From Candidatus Aphodoplasma sp. (GTDB taxonomy: Bacteria > Bacillota > Clostridia > UBA1381 > UMGS1253): a DNA stretch of 64,000 nucleotides. The position numbers were made by a program, and so were the translations under genes. Positions 56,591 to 64,000 of the stretch are shown in pieces. A model generated the notes under the pieces. It saw only the letters and a list, made by a program, of their open reading frames with translations. It did not search any database and had not been told where the DNA came from. The stretch's first letter is position 1. Each line of letters starts with the position of its first letter. The stretch covers positions 65,832-129,831 of the forward strand of contig JAZQIM010000014.1 in assembly GCA_045541115.1 (NCBI GenBank), read 5' to 3'.

Positions 56591-56684
56591 TTTTTCGTTA
56601 CACACTTAAAATACATGTAATATTTTTTTATTTTCTGCAAATAATACTAACGCAAAAATTTTATTTAAGAATGGAGATTAAATT

Positions 56685-57281
56685 ATGGCTGTTGATTTTA
56701 AAACAAGTGAAACTGCAAAAAACCTTATGCGAGCATTTGCCGGTGAAAGCCAGGCAAGAAACCGCTACACATTTGCTGCGCAGACTGCAAAAAAACAAAA
56801 TCTTCATGTAATTGAAGCTATTTTTACATTCACTGCGGACCAGGAAAAAGAGCATGCAGAAATTTATTATAATCATCTAAAAGACCTCCTCGGAGAAACA
56901 ATAGAAATTGATGGTGGATATCCTGTAGATACGCATGACGACGTATTAAAGCTGTTACGCTGCGCACAACACAATGAATATGAAGAATATGACCCGGTAT
57001 ATAAAACATTTGCAAATATTGCTTCCGAGGAAGGATTTAGCAAGGTTGCATCATCTTTTAATATGATTGCTGAAATTGAGAAAACGCATGGCGAGCGTTT
57101 TAAAAACTTTGCCGATATGCTTGAGAATAACCAGCTCTTTATATCAGATGTTGAAACAGGGTGGATGTGCTTAAATTGCGGTCATGTTCATACAGGCACT
57201 CATGCACCGTCTATATGCCCTGTATGTAACCATAACCAAGGCTATTTTATAAAGCTCTCACTCTCCCCCTTTCAAGCATAG
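56685..57281 (+). CDS. rbr: Rubrerythrin
   Basis: Di-iron four-helix domain (E..E..H pairs) plus a C-terminal rubredoxin-like CLNCG...CPVC. Confidence 0.92.
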   Translation: MAVDFKTSETAKNLMRAFAGESQARNRYTFAAQTAKKQNLHVIEAIFTFTADQEKEHAEIYYNHLKDLLGETIEIDGGYPVDTHDDVLKLLRCAQHNEYEEYDPVYKTFANIASEEGFSKVASSFNMIAEIEKTHGERFKNFADMLENNQLFISDVETGWMCLNCGHVHTGTHAPSICPVCNHNQGYFIKLSLSPFQA

Positions 57282-57312
57282 CCTTTAATTATATAACGAA
57301 AGGAAAATAATA

Positions 57313-57711
57313 ATGTTAAAAAAAAATGAACCCACTTTTTTTGTATCAAATCACTGCGACAACATCGTAGAGCTTATCCGAGGCAAAAAGGATTCTGCCA
57401 TTTCATGCTGCGATAAACCAATGTCAAAGCTTTGTGTAAAAGACACTGACGAGCTTAAAGAGAAACATCTGCCTGTAATTAAAAAGGACAAAAACAAGAT
57501 TATTGTCGCAGTAGGAAGCATATACCATCCCATGGAAGAAAAGCATTCAATTGGCTTCGTTTATCTAAAGACAAAACGTGGCGCACAAAGAGTTGACCTT
57601 TCGCATACAGATGAGCCTGTTGTGGAATTCATGCTCGCAGATGGCGACGAGGCAATCTGTGCATATGCATTTTGCAATTTGCATGGTTTCTGGAAAACAG
57701 ACATTAAATAA
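57313..57711 (+). CDS. dfx: Desulfoferrodoxin-family superoxide reductase
   Basis: Centre II ligands are present (KHLPV, HPMEEKH, CNLHG). The N-terminal domain is retained but carries only 3 of the 4 centre I cysteines. Confidence 0.82.
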   Translation: MLKKNEPTFFVSNHCDNIVELIRGKKDSAISCCDKPMSKLCVKDTDELKEKHLPVIKKDKNKIIVAVGSIYHPMEEKHSIGFVYLKTKRGAQRVDLSHTDEPVVEFMLADGDEAICAYAFCNLHGFWKTDIK

Positions 57712-57752
57712 GCTCTTCGTTTCTCATTTAGCTATACGAAAGGACAATTACT

Positions 57753-58772
57753 ATGGCACAAAAGCATCTCGGCAAAGCAAGCATAGCATTTTCTAATCCG
57801 CCATCTATTATACAAAGTGCCTCGATAGCAGGTGTAAAGGAAGGCGAAGGCCCACTAGCAAAATATTATGATGAAATACTAACCGATGACTTATATGACG
57901 AAAAAACGTGGGAAAAAGCAGAAAGCAAACTTCTCAAATCTACTCTTGAAAAACTCATTGCAAAATCAGGTGTCGCGACAAAGGATATTAACTATGTGTT
58001 TGCCGGCGATTTATTAAATCAGTGCACCGGCTCACACTATGCGCTAAAAGATTCTAACCTGCCGTTTTTTGGACTTTATGGTGCTTGCTCTACTATGGCC
58101 GAGAGCAGCGCCCTTGCATCAATAATGATTGACGGTGGGTACGCGGATTACTGCGCAGCTATCACATCGAGCCATTTTTGCTCATCAGAAAAACAATACC
58201 GTTTTCCGTTAGAATATGGTGGTCAGCGTCCTCCAACAGCACAGTGGACCGTTACAGGTTCCGGTGCAATTTTGCTTTCATCTAAAGGAAACGGTCCATA
58301 TATTACTCATATCACAACAGGAAAAATTATTGATATGGGAATAAATGACGCAAACAATATGGGCGCAGCCATGGCGCCTGCAGCAGTAGATACAATTGTT
58401 ACACATTTTCAAGATACAAAATTTAGCCCTGATGACTACGATTTGATTGTGACTGGAGATTTGGCATCGGTTGGCTCGGATATTGCATGCGAGCTTATAT
58501 GCGCATCAGGTTATGACATTTCGAAAATCTACAAAGACTGCGGCAATATGGTATTCGATACAAATACACAGGACGTGCATGCAGGTGGCAGCGGATGTGG
58601 CTGCAGCGCAATCGTATTTTGCGGCTATATACTTGACATGATAAGGCAAGGTAAATTTAACAGAGTTTTATTTATTGGAACAGGCGCGCTTATGAGTCCG
58701 CTTAATCTTTTGCAAGGAGAAAACATCCCCGGCATCGCCCACGCAATTACTGTACAAAGGAGTCTTACATGA
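57753..58772 (+). CDS. spoVAD: Stage V sporulation protein AD
   Basis: 339 aa, collinear with B. subtilis SpoVAD as I recall it (FAGDLLNQ, GACST, YGGQ.P.TA, GGSGCGCSA). Confidence 0.88.
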   Translation: MAQKHLGKASIAFSNPPSIIQSASIAGVKEGEGPLAKYYDEILTDDLYDEKTWEKAESKLLKSTLEKLIAKSGVATKDINYVFAGDLLNQCTGSHYALKDSNLPFFGLYGACSTMAESSALASIMIDGGYADYCAAITSSHFCSSEKQYRFPLEYGGQRPPTAQWTVTGSGAILLSSKGNGPYITHITTGKIIDMGINDANNMGAAMAPAAVDTIVTHFQDTKFSPDDYDLIVTGDLASVGSDIACELICASGYDISKIYKDCGNMVFDTNTQDVHAGGSGCGCSAIVFCGYILDMIRQGKFNRVLFIGTGALMSPLNLLQGENIPGIAHAITVQRSLT

Positions 58773-59131
58773 TGATTGGTATGTATATAAAAGCGTTTAT
58801 CATTGGTGGCTTATTTTGTGCTATAGCCCAGATTTTTATAGATAAAACAAAGCTTACACCTGCAAGAATTCTCGTTTCATATGTATGCATCGGTGTAGTC
58901 CTTACAGTAATCGGCGTATATGAGCCATTAGTAAACTTTGCCGGCGCAGGTGCCACAGTCCCTATTATAGGCTTTGGATATACGCTTGGAAAAGGCGTGC
59001 TTAAAGGCATTGCGGAAAATGGTCTTTTAGGCGCTATAACAGGTGGTGTAACGGCTTCGGCAGGCGGTATAGCCGCATCAATATTTTTTGGATATTTAAT
59101 TGCTCTTATATGTAAACCAAAAGCTAAATAA
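58769..59131 (+). CDS. spoVAE: Stage V sporulation protein AE (SpoVAEb-type)
   Basis: 120-aa membrane protein. FAGAGATVPI block; overlaps the spoVAD stop. Confidence 0.85.
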   Translation: MMIGMYIKAFIIGGLFCAIAQIFIDKTKLTPARILVSYVCIGVVLTVIGVYEPLVNFAGAGATVPIIGFGYTLGKGVLKGIAENGLLGAITGGVTASAGGIAASIFFGYLIALICKPKAK

Positions 59132-59143
59132 AATAAACTTACT

Positions 59144-59189
59144 GTATAGAAAAAGGTTATGAAAATCACGCCTTTTTCTATACTTTTTT
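59144..59189 (+). terminator. Intrinsic terminator after spoVAE
   Basis: 13-bp stem gtatagaaaaagg/cctttttctatac followed by T6. Confidence 0.8.
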
Positions 59190-59212
59190 ATTTGCAAATA
59201 CCTTGACTTGTA

Positions 59213-59241
59213 GATGTATATATTATATAATCTAACGTGAT
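59213..59241 (+). promoter_or_regulatory. Sigma-A-type promoter (TTGACT-17-TATAAT) for the DUF5107/TPR gene
   Basis: -35 at 59213-59218 and -10 at 59236-59241. Confidence 0.55.
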
Positions 59242-59277
59242 TAAAAATATTTTTTACAAAAAAACAGGAGGCTTATC

Positions 59278-61239
59278 ATGAGCACAATATCTTTTGAGAA
59301 ATTTAAAATCAAAGGTTCAAATCTCGGCGACTTCAACTGTTTGCCGGACATCAAAAACGATGAATACATACGAGCTCCATACACCGTTCTCCCGAGCGTT
59401 TCGGAAGAAGACGGCAAAAACATCGGTAAAGGTATGATTCCTACACTACTGCCGTACCAAATTCAAAGCAGCTACGACAGAGCAAGAGATGAACTCGAAT
59501 TTGATAGCGTTGTATTGGAAAACGACTATCTTAAGGCTGTGTTTGTAACAAGCCTCGGTGGCAGACTTTGGTCGCTTTACGACAAAAAAGCCGGCAGAGA
59601 TTTGCTTTATGCAAACAATGTATTTCAACCCGGCAACCTTGCACTGAGAAATGCGTGGTTTAGCGGCGGTGTTGAATGGAATTTGGGTATAAAGGGACAT
59701 AACCCTCTCACATGCTCGCCTCTTTTTGCACAAAAGCTCGTCGACAAAGACGGCGAACCGATTCTAAAGATGTATGAGTACGAGAGAATCAGAGGCGTTG
59801 CATATTCTATTATGGTGAAGCTCGTAGATGATGTTTTGCTCGTTCATCCATGCATCGAAAACACAGCAGATGAAGATAAATATATGTATTGGTGGTCAAA
59901 TATCGCAGTTGATGAAACACCGCATACAAGAGTTATCTCACCTACCGAGCTATGCTTTTCTTGTACTTATGAAGAAGGCGGTTATAAGGTTGGAAGCGCT
60001 CCTATTCCTATGCAGGATGGAATCGATGTTACATACGCTACAAATCTTCCGCGCAGTAAAGACTTCTTCTACAACATACCAAAAGAAGAGAAAAAATGGG
60101 TAACGGCTCTTGGCAGTGATGGTTATGGTCTTATTCACCTTTCGACACCCGAGTTAATCGGAAGAAAGCTTTTCGCATGGGGCGAAGGCGTTGGTGGTAA
60201 GCACTGGAACAACTGGCTCACTGACCTTGACAAAAAATACATCGAAATTCAGGCCGGTCTTCTTAAGACACAGCTCGAACATTTTATCATGGCTAAGAAG
60301 TCAAAAATTGAATGGACAGAAGGCTACGGCGCACTATCTGCCGATCCAAACATTATTCATTCAGATAATTTCAGGGCAGCTATTGACGAGGTAAAATCTC
60401 ATATTAGCGATAAACAAAAAATTGTTGAAAATGCTGTTTTCGATACTACTGTAAATGGCGAGATTAAATATTACGGTAGCGGCTGGGGCGCAATCGAAAA
60501 TATGGTACGCCCTGTTGCTATAAGCGAAAATCTTATATTCCCTTCTGACAGTATTGACGAAGAATGCAAAGAGTGGAAAAATTTATATGAGACGGGTTCT
60601 TTGAGCGCTCCGGATAAAAGTGCTCCAATCAAAAGTTATGTCAAGGGCGATTTCTGGATAGACAAGCTTGAAAATGCCGAAGACAGCTGGTATAAATACA
60701 ACCATCTCGGTGTTGCGCTTTATACAAAAGGTGATGTTGATGCATCATATAAAGCATTTGAAAAATCGATTGAGCTATCGCCTAACGCATGGGCATACAG
60801 AAACCTTGCACAAATTGATAAAAATGAGTATGGCAATATCGATAAAGCAGCTGAATATATGCGCCTTGCCATCAAGGAAAAGAACGACTATCAGCCACTG
60901 TGGGCAAACTACGCAGAAGCTTTGATTGCAGCAAATAAGCATGCAGAATTTGTAGATGCCTTTGAAAACGATATGCCGCAGGATTTAAGAAACAACGGTC
61001 GTCTCAAAATGTTTTATGCGCTATGTCTTGTTAAGTCGGACAGACATGAAGATGCGCTCGCTGTCTTAAATGATAATTTCATTATGGCAGATATTAAAGA
61101 AGGCGAGTTTTCAATCTCACATATCTGGCTTGATATCCACAAAAAATTCATATTTGACGAAACGGGAAAAATGCCATCCGACGCTGAAACGTACGACAAA
61201 TACCCGCTTCCGTATGAATTGGATTTCAGAATGCACTAA
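59278..61239 (+). CDS. DUF5107-like domain protein with C-terminal TPR repeats
   Basis: 653 aa. The N-terminal block LENDYLKAVFVTSLGGRLWSLYDK...LRNAWFSGGVEWN resembles DUF5107. The C-terminal third has TPR-like helices. Confidence 0.45.
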   Translation: MSTISFEKFKIKGSNLGDFNCLPDIKNDEYIRAPYTVLPSVSEEDGKNIGKGMIPTLLPYQIQSSYDRARDELEFDSVVLENDYLKAVFVTSLGGRLWSLYDKKAGRDLLYANNVFQPGNLALRNAWFSGGVEWNLGIKGHNPLTCSPLFAQKLVDKDGEPILKMYEYERIRGVAYSIMVKLVDDVLLVHPCIENTADEDKYMYWWSNIAVDETPHTRVISPTELCFSCTYEEGGYKVGSAPIPMQDGIDVTYATNLPRSKDFFYNIPKEEKKWVTALGSDGYGLIHLSTPELIGRKLFAWGEGVGGKHWNNWLTDLDKKYIEIQAGLLKTQLEHFIMAKKSKIEWTEGYGALSADPNIIHSDNFRAAIDEVKSHISDKQKIVENAVFDTTVNGEIKYYGSGWGAIENMVRPVAISENLIFPSDSIDEECKEWKNLYETGSLSAPDKSAPIKSYVKGDFWIDKLENAEDSWYKYNHLGVALYTKGDVDASYKAFEKSIELSPNAWAYRNLAQIDKNEYGNIDKAAEYMRLAIKEKNDYQPLWANYAEALIAANKHAEFVDAFENDMPQDLRNNGRLKMFYALCLVKSDRHEDALAVLNDNFIMADIKEGEFSISHIWLDIHKKFIFDETGKMPSDAETYDKYPLPYELDFRMH

Positions 61240-61255
61240 TTTATCAGTATAATAT

Positions 61256-61288
61256 AAAAAAGACTATTCGAATGAATAGTCTTTTTTT
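61256..61288 (+). terminator. Intrinsic terminator after the DUF5107/TPR gene
   Basis: aagactattc/gaatagtctt stem followed by T7. Confidence 0.85.
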
Positions 61289-61414
61289 ATTGGTGTTTGC
61301 TCGCAAAACGAATTTAATATATCTAAATATTTTTAGCCAATGGGCAACAAAATAATATTTAACTAAATAATTAAATCATTACGTAACATACTAACCATAG
61401 AAGGAGGAGTTTTC

Positions 61415-62713
61415 ATGCAAAAATCAATATGGAGTGACAGCGTAAAGCTACCTGCCTATGACAAGCTCAATGAGGACATCACAACTGACGTTCTCATCAT
61501 AGGCGGTGGAATTTGCGGTATACTCTGCGCGTATTTTCTAAAAAAAGCCGGCGTAGACTGCGTTGTCGTTGAGGGTAACACGATTGCTTCCGGAATAACA
61601 AAAAACACAACAGCAAAGATAACTTTCGGGCATGGTTTAATATATTCCGATTTGATAAAAAAGAGCGGCATACATGATGCTCAGCTTTATTTAGCTGCAC
61701 ATCAATTTGCATTAAACAAATATGAGAAACTATGTAAAAATATAGACTGTGATTTTACAAAACAAAGCTCATACATTTATTCCGTCGATAACAGAAGAAA
61801 GATAGAAAATGAGATTGATGCTCTTCACAAAATTGGCTTTAACGCATCTTTTGTAGATAATATTGAACTTCCCCTTAAAATTGATGGTGCTGTGTGTTTT
61901 GAAAATCAAGCGCAATTTAATCCACTAAAGTTTATAGCCGAAATATCAAAAAATTTAAATATATATGAAAACACCTTTGTTAAAGATATAACCCATGGAA
62001 AAGCTATAACAAATGATGCAACAATAAAAGCAAATGCCATAATCGTTGCGACGCATTTTCCTTTTATAAATAAGCATGGAGCATATTTTATGAAGCTTTA
62101 TCAGGAACGCTCCTATGTATCAGCATTTAAAAATGCACAAAGCTTAAAGTCAATGTATTTAGATGAATCAAAAAGCGGTTTCTCCTTCAGAAGTTATAAG
62201 GACTTTTTATTGATAGGAGCTGGCAACCATAGGACAGCAAAAGACAGTCTTGCCTGGAGACCTACCCACGAATTTGCCAAATTACATTATCCTAAAGCCA
62301 CACTTGAGTATAGGTGGGCTACACAAGATTGCATGAGTCTTGATAATATTGAGTACATCGGTCAATACTCAATGAATACGCCAAATTTATATGTAGCAAC
62401 CGGTTTTAATAAATGGGGCATGACATCATCTATGCTTTCTGCAATAATACTTAAAGATATGATTGTCGGAGCAGAAAATGAATTCAAAAATATTTTTTCT
62501 CCTAGTCGAAGTATGCTAAAACCGCAGCTTTTAATAAATACCTTTGAATCTGCTCGCAATCTTTTAATACCAAGTGAAAAGCGATGCCCACATCTCGGTT
62601 GTTCTCTCAAATGGAATAAAAACGAACACACATGGGACTGCCCCTGTCACGGTTCTCGCTTTGAAAAAAATGGAAAGCTTATTGATAATCCTTCAACTAG
62701 GGATTTGGAATAG
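61415..62713 (+). CDS. FAD-dependent oxidoreductase fused to a C-terminal Rieske [2Fe-2S] domain (YhfW-like)
   Basis: DVLIIGGGICG dinucleotide fold and the Rieske motif CPHLGC...CPCHGSRF. Confidence 0.8.
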   Translation: MQKSIWSDSVKLPAYDKLNEDITTDVLIIGGGICGILCAYFLKKAGVDCVVVEGNTIASGITKNTTAKITFGHGLIYSDLIKKSGIHDAQLYLAAHQFALNKYEKLCKNIDCDFTKQSSYIYSVDNRRKIENEIDALHKIGFNASFVDNIELPLKIDGAVCFENQAQFNPLKFIAEISKNLNIYENTFVKDITHGKAITNDATIKANAIIVATHFPFINKHGAYFMKLYQERSYVSAFKNAQSLKSMYLDESKSGFSFRSYKDFLLIGAGNHRTAKDSLAWRPTHEFAKLHYPKATLEYRWATQDCMSLDNIEYIGQYSMNTPNLYVATGFNKWGMTSSMLSAIILKDMIVGAENEFKNIFSPSRSMLKPQLLINTFESARNLLIPSEKRCPHLGCSLKWNKNEHTWDCPCHGSRFEKNGKLIDNPSTRDLE

Positions 62714-62734
62714 ATAAAACATGCGGACAAAAAT

Positions 62735-62765
62735 AAAAAAGCAAGTCTTTCGACTTGCTTTTTTC
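62735..62765 (+). terminator. Intrinsic terminator after the FAD/Rieske gene
   Basis: aagcaagtc/gacttgctt stem followed by T6. Confidence 0.85.
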
Positions 62766-62779
62766 TGGAAGAGCCGAAT

Positions 62780-62802
62780 GATTTAGATGCCACCTGTTTT
62801 TA
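62780..62802. repeat. Possible third, diverged D-like copy (3' side of the protease gene)
   Basis: gatttagatgccacctgttttta shares tttagatgc and the trailing T-run, and like the other copies sits just after the stop of a minus-strand gene. Weak evidence. Confidence 0.3.
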
Positions 62803-62803
62803 T

Positions 62804-64000
62804 TTAATAACTTCCAAAATATACAAATCCCAAGTCAGTCATGTCTAACGATATACCATACATAGCAAGAACTTGATTTGACTCACGAAGGCCTATTTTT
62901 GTAAATGCTGTGCTTAATTCTTGGTCCTCTTTTTTTACAGTATTTCCTGTAGGTGAGTCATAATAATGGAAAACAATATTAGAGCTTTCTCTAAATGTTG
63001 TAGGGTCAATATCTGCAGTTCCTACAGTATTTTTGGGACTAGCTACAGGATCTACTAAATATAAATACATTACACGCTTTAGCTTGTTTGTTCGTTCAGG
63101 TGCACCATCCAAGTAAATTAAGTTGGCAACCGAATCTCCAGTATCAAAATCACAAACAGTTTCTATATATATTTCATCGTTTTTTTCATCATATACTAGA
63201 GCTGTATAATGATACATGCTACCTTCACGAACTCTATCCGTTGATAATTTATATAAGTAACCATTTATCGGGGTGGTGTTGTTCTTTATAGCATTACGGA
63301 GAATATCCATATTGCTCCCTGCAATAAATTCAAATGAAAAAACGTCACTATCTTGTGATTCAACACCATTTTTAACAGAGGTAACTATAATATTGTACTT
63401 CTTTCCATTTTCTAAGCCGTAGAATGTAGCAGAATATTCGCTATCGTGTGTCATCCTTATTTGTTCACCAGTGTTCTCATCGTCGTCATACCAAAAACTT
63501 TCTTCCCCAGCTTCTTGGTAATAAAAATAATAATAATCTGCGCTCTCTACCGCATCCCACTGAATATATACGGCATTACTATCTTGTTTAACAATTCTAA
63601 TATTTGTAGGTGGAAGAATAAAGTTATTTTCATCCATTACAGCACTAAGTGTTTTGCAAACGGAATGATCAAAGTCAAGCGGAATATATCGCATAGGAAT
63701 TGCCAAATTCAAGTTCTGTCCCTCTACAAACGAAGCCGAAGTTATACCTATAACTTGTGCTTTCTCATTCAGCAAAGCTCCGCCACTACTTCCGTGTGAA
63801 ATCGGTGCACTTATTTGATAGTATTCTACATTTCCTAACGCAACCTTTTTATTAGAAAGCAAGCCCTCGGAAATTGTATTTTGCAAACCTAACGGACTTC
63901 CGATAGCATATACTTTTTGTCCCGTATGCACACTTTCATCACTAGCTATATCAAGTGTTAAGAAGCCATCGCCTTTAACTTGTATAATTGCCCAATCTTG
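62804..64000 (-). CDS. Trypsin-like (S1 family) serine protease with an FN3-like domain and a C-terminal domain of unknown function. Partial; the N-terminus lies beyond the right edge.
   Basis: Active-site serine context ISHGSSGGALLN. The reading frame stays open upstream of the ORF-track Met to position 64000 (…QDWAIIQVKGDGFLTLDIASDESVHTGQ…). Confidence 0.7.
   Translation of the reverse strand, partial: QDWAIIQVKGDGFLTLDIASDESVHTGQKVYAIGSPLGLQNTISEGLLSNKKVALGNVEYYQISAPISHGSSGGALLNEKAQVIGITSASFVEGQNLNLAIPMRYIPLDFDHSVCKTLSAVMDENNFILPPTNIRIVKQDSNAVYIQWDAVESADYYYFYYQEAGEESFWYDDDENTGEQIRMTHDSEYSATFYGLENGKKYNIIVTSVKNGVESQDSDVFSFEFIAGSNMDILRNAIKNNTTPINGYLYKLSTDRVREGSMYHYTALVYDEKNDEIYIETVCDFDTGDSVANLIYLDGAPERTNKLKRVMYLYLVDPVASPKNTVGTADIDPTTFRESSNIVFHYYDSPTGNTVKKEDQELSTAFTKIGLRESNQVLAMYGISLDMTDLGFVYFGSY

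Overview
This window looks like chromosomal DNA from a low-GC, spore-forming Bacillota (Clostridia-like) organism, and most of it is ordinary housekeeping sequence. Housekeeping genes include a complete F1Fo ATP synthase operon (atpI-B-E-F-H-A-G-D-C), citrate synthase, birA, ychF, argS, murI, ddl, ackA-pta, an ispH/S1 fusion, plsC, cmk and nagB. Also present are a P-type Ca-ATPase, rlmD, ridA-ilvBN, fba, corA, rbr-dfx and spoVAD-spoVAE. I found no rRNA, tRNA, CRISPR array, transposase or integrase.

The exception is a visibly more AT-rich accessory islet at about 33.0-37.5 kb, between an RpiR regulator and a GGDEF sensor gene.
- It carries a retron. The 312-aa reverse transcriptase (33867-34805, minus strand) has the NAxxH, YCDD and VTG signatures.
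- Directly upstream is a roughly 180-nt structured non-coding region that I fold by eye as an msr-msd RNA (a1/a2 inverted repeat, candidate branching G, four hairpins) with its own -10 box.
- No neighbouring gene resembles a described retron effector.
- The RT plus ncRNA module is bracketed by imperfect 38-bp direct repeats.
- It sits inside an array of five small unrelated ORFs: a TIGR04076-like protein, a WapI-like protein, a PsiE-like membrane protein and two unknowns.
- The intergenic junctions of that array are built from a few short recurring modules in different combinations, which suggests cassette shuffling.

Secondary observations:
- The ATP synthase c subunit has a Na+-type two-carboxylate ion-binding signature, and the epsilon subunit is truncated.
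- corA has a long leader with a strongly Shine-Dalgarno-preceded 29-codon ORF.
- The desulfoferrodoxin has a degenerate centre I.
- spoVAD-spoVAE occur without spoVAC.
- An SDR-PHP-dehydrogenase operon has unknown substrate.

All calls come from reading the supplied ORF translations and the raw sequence. No database search was run.
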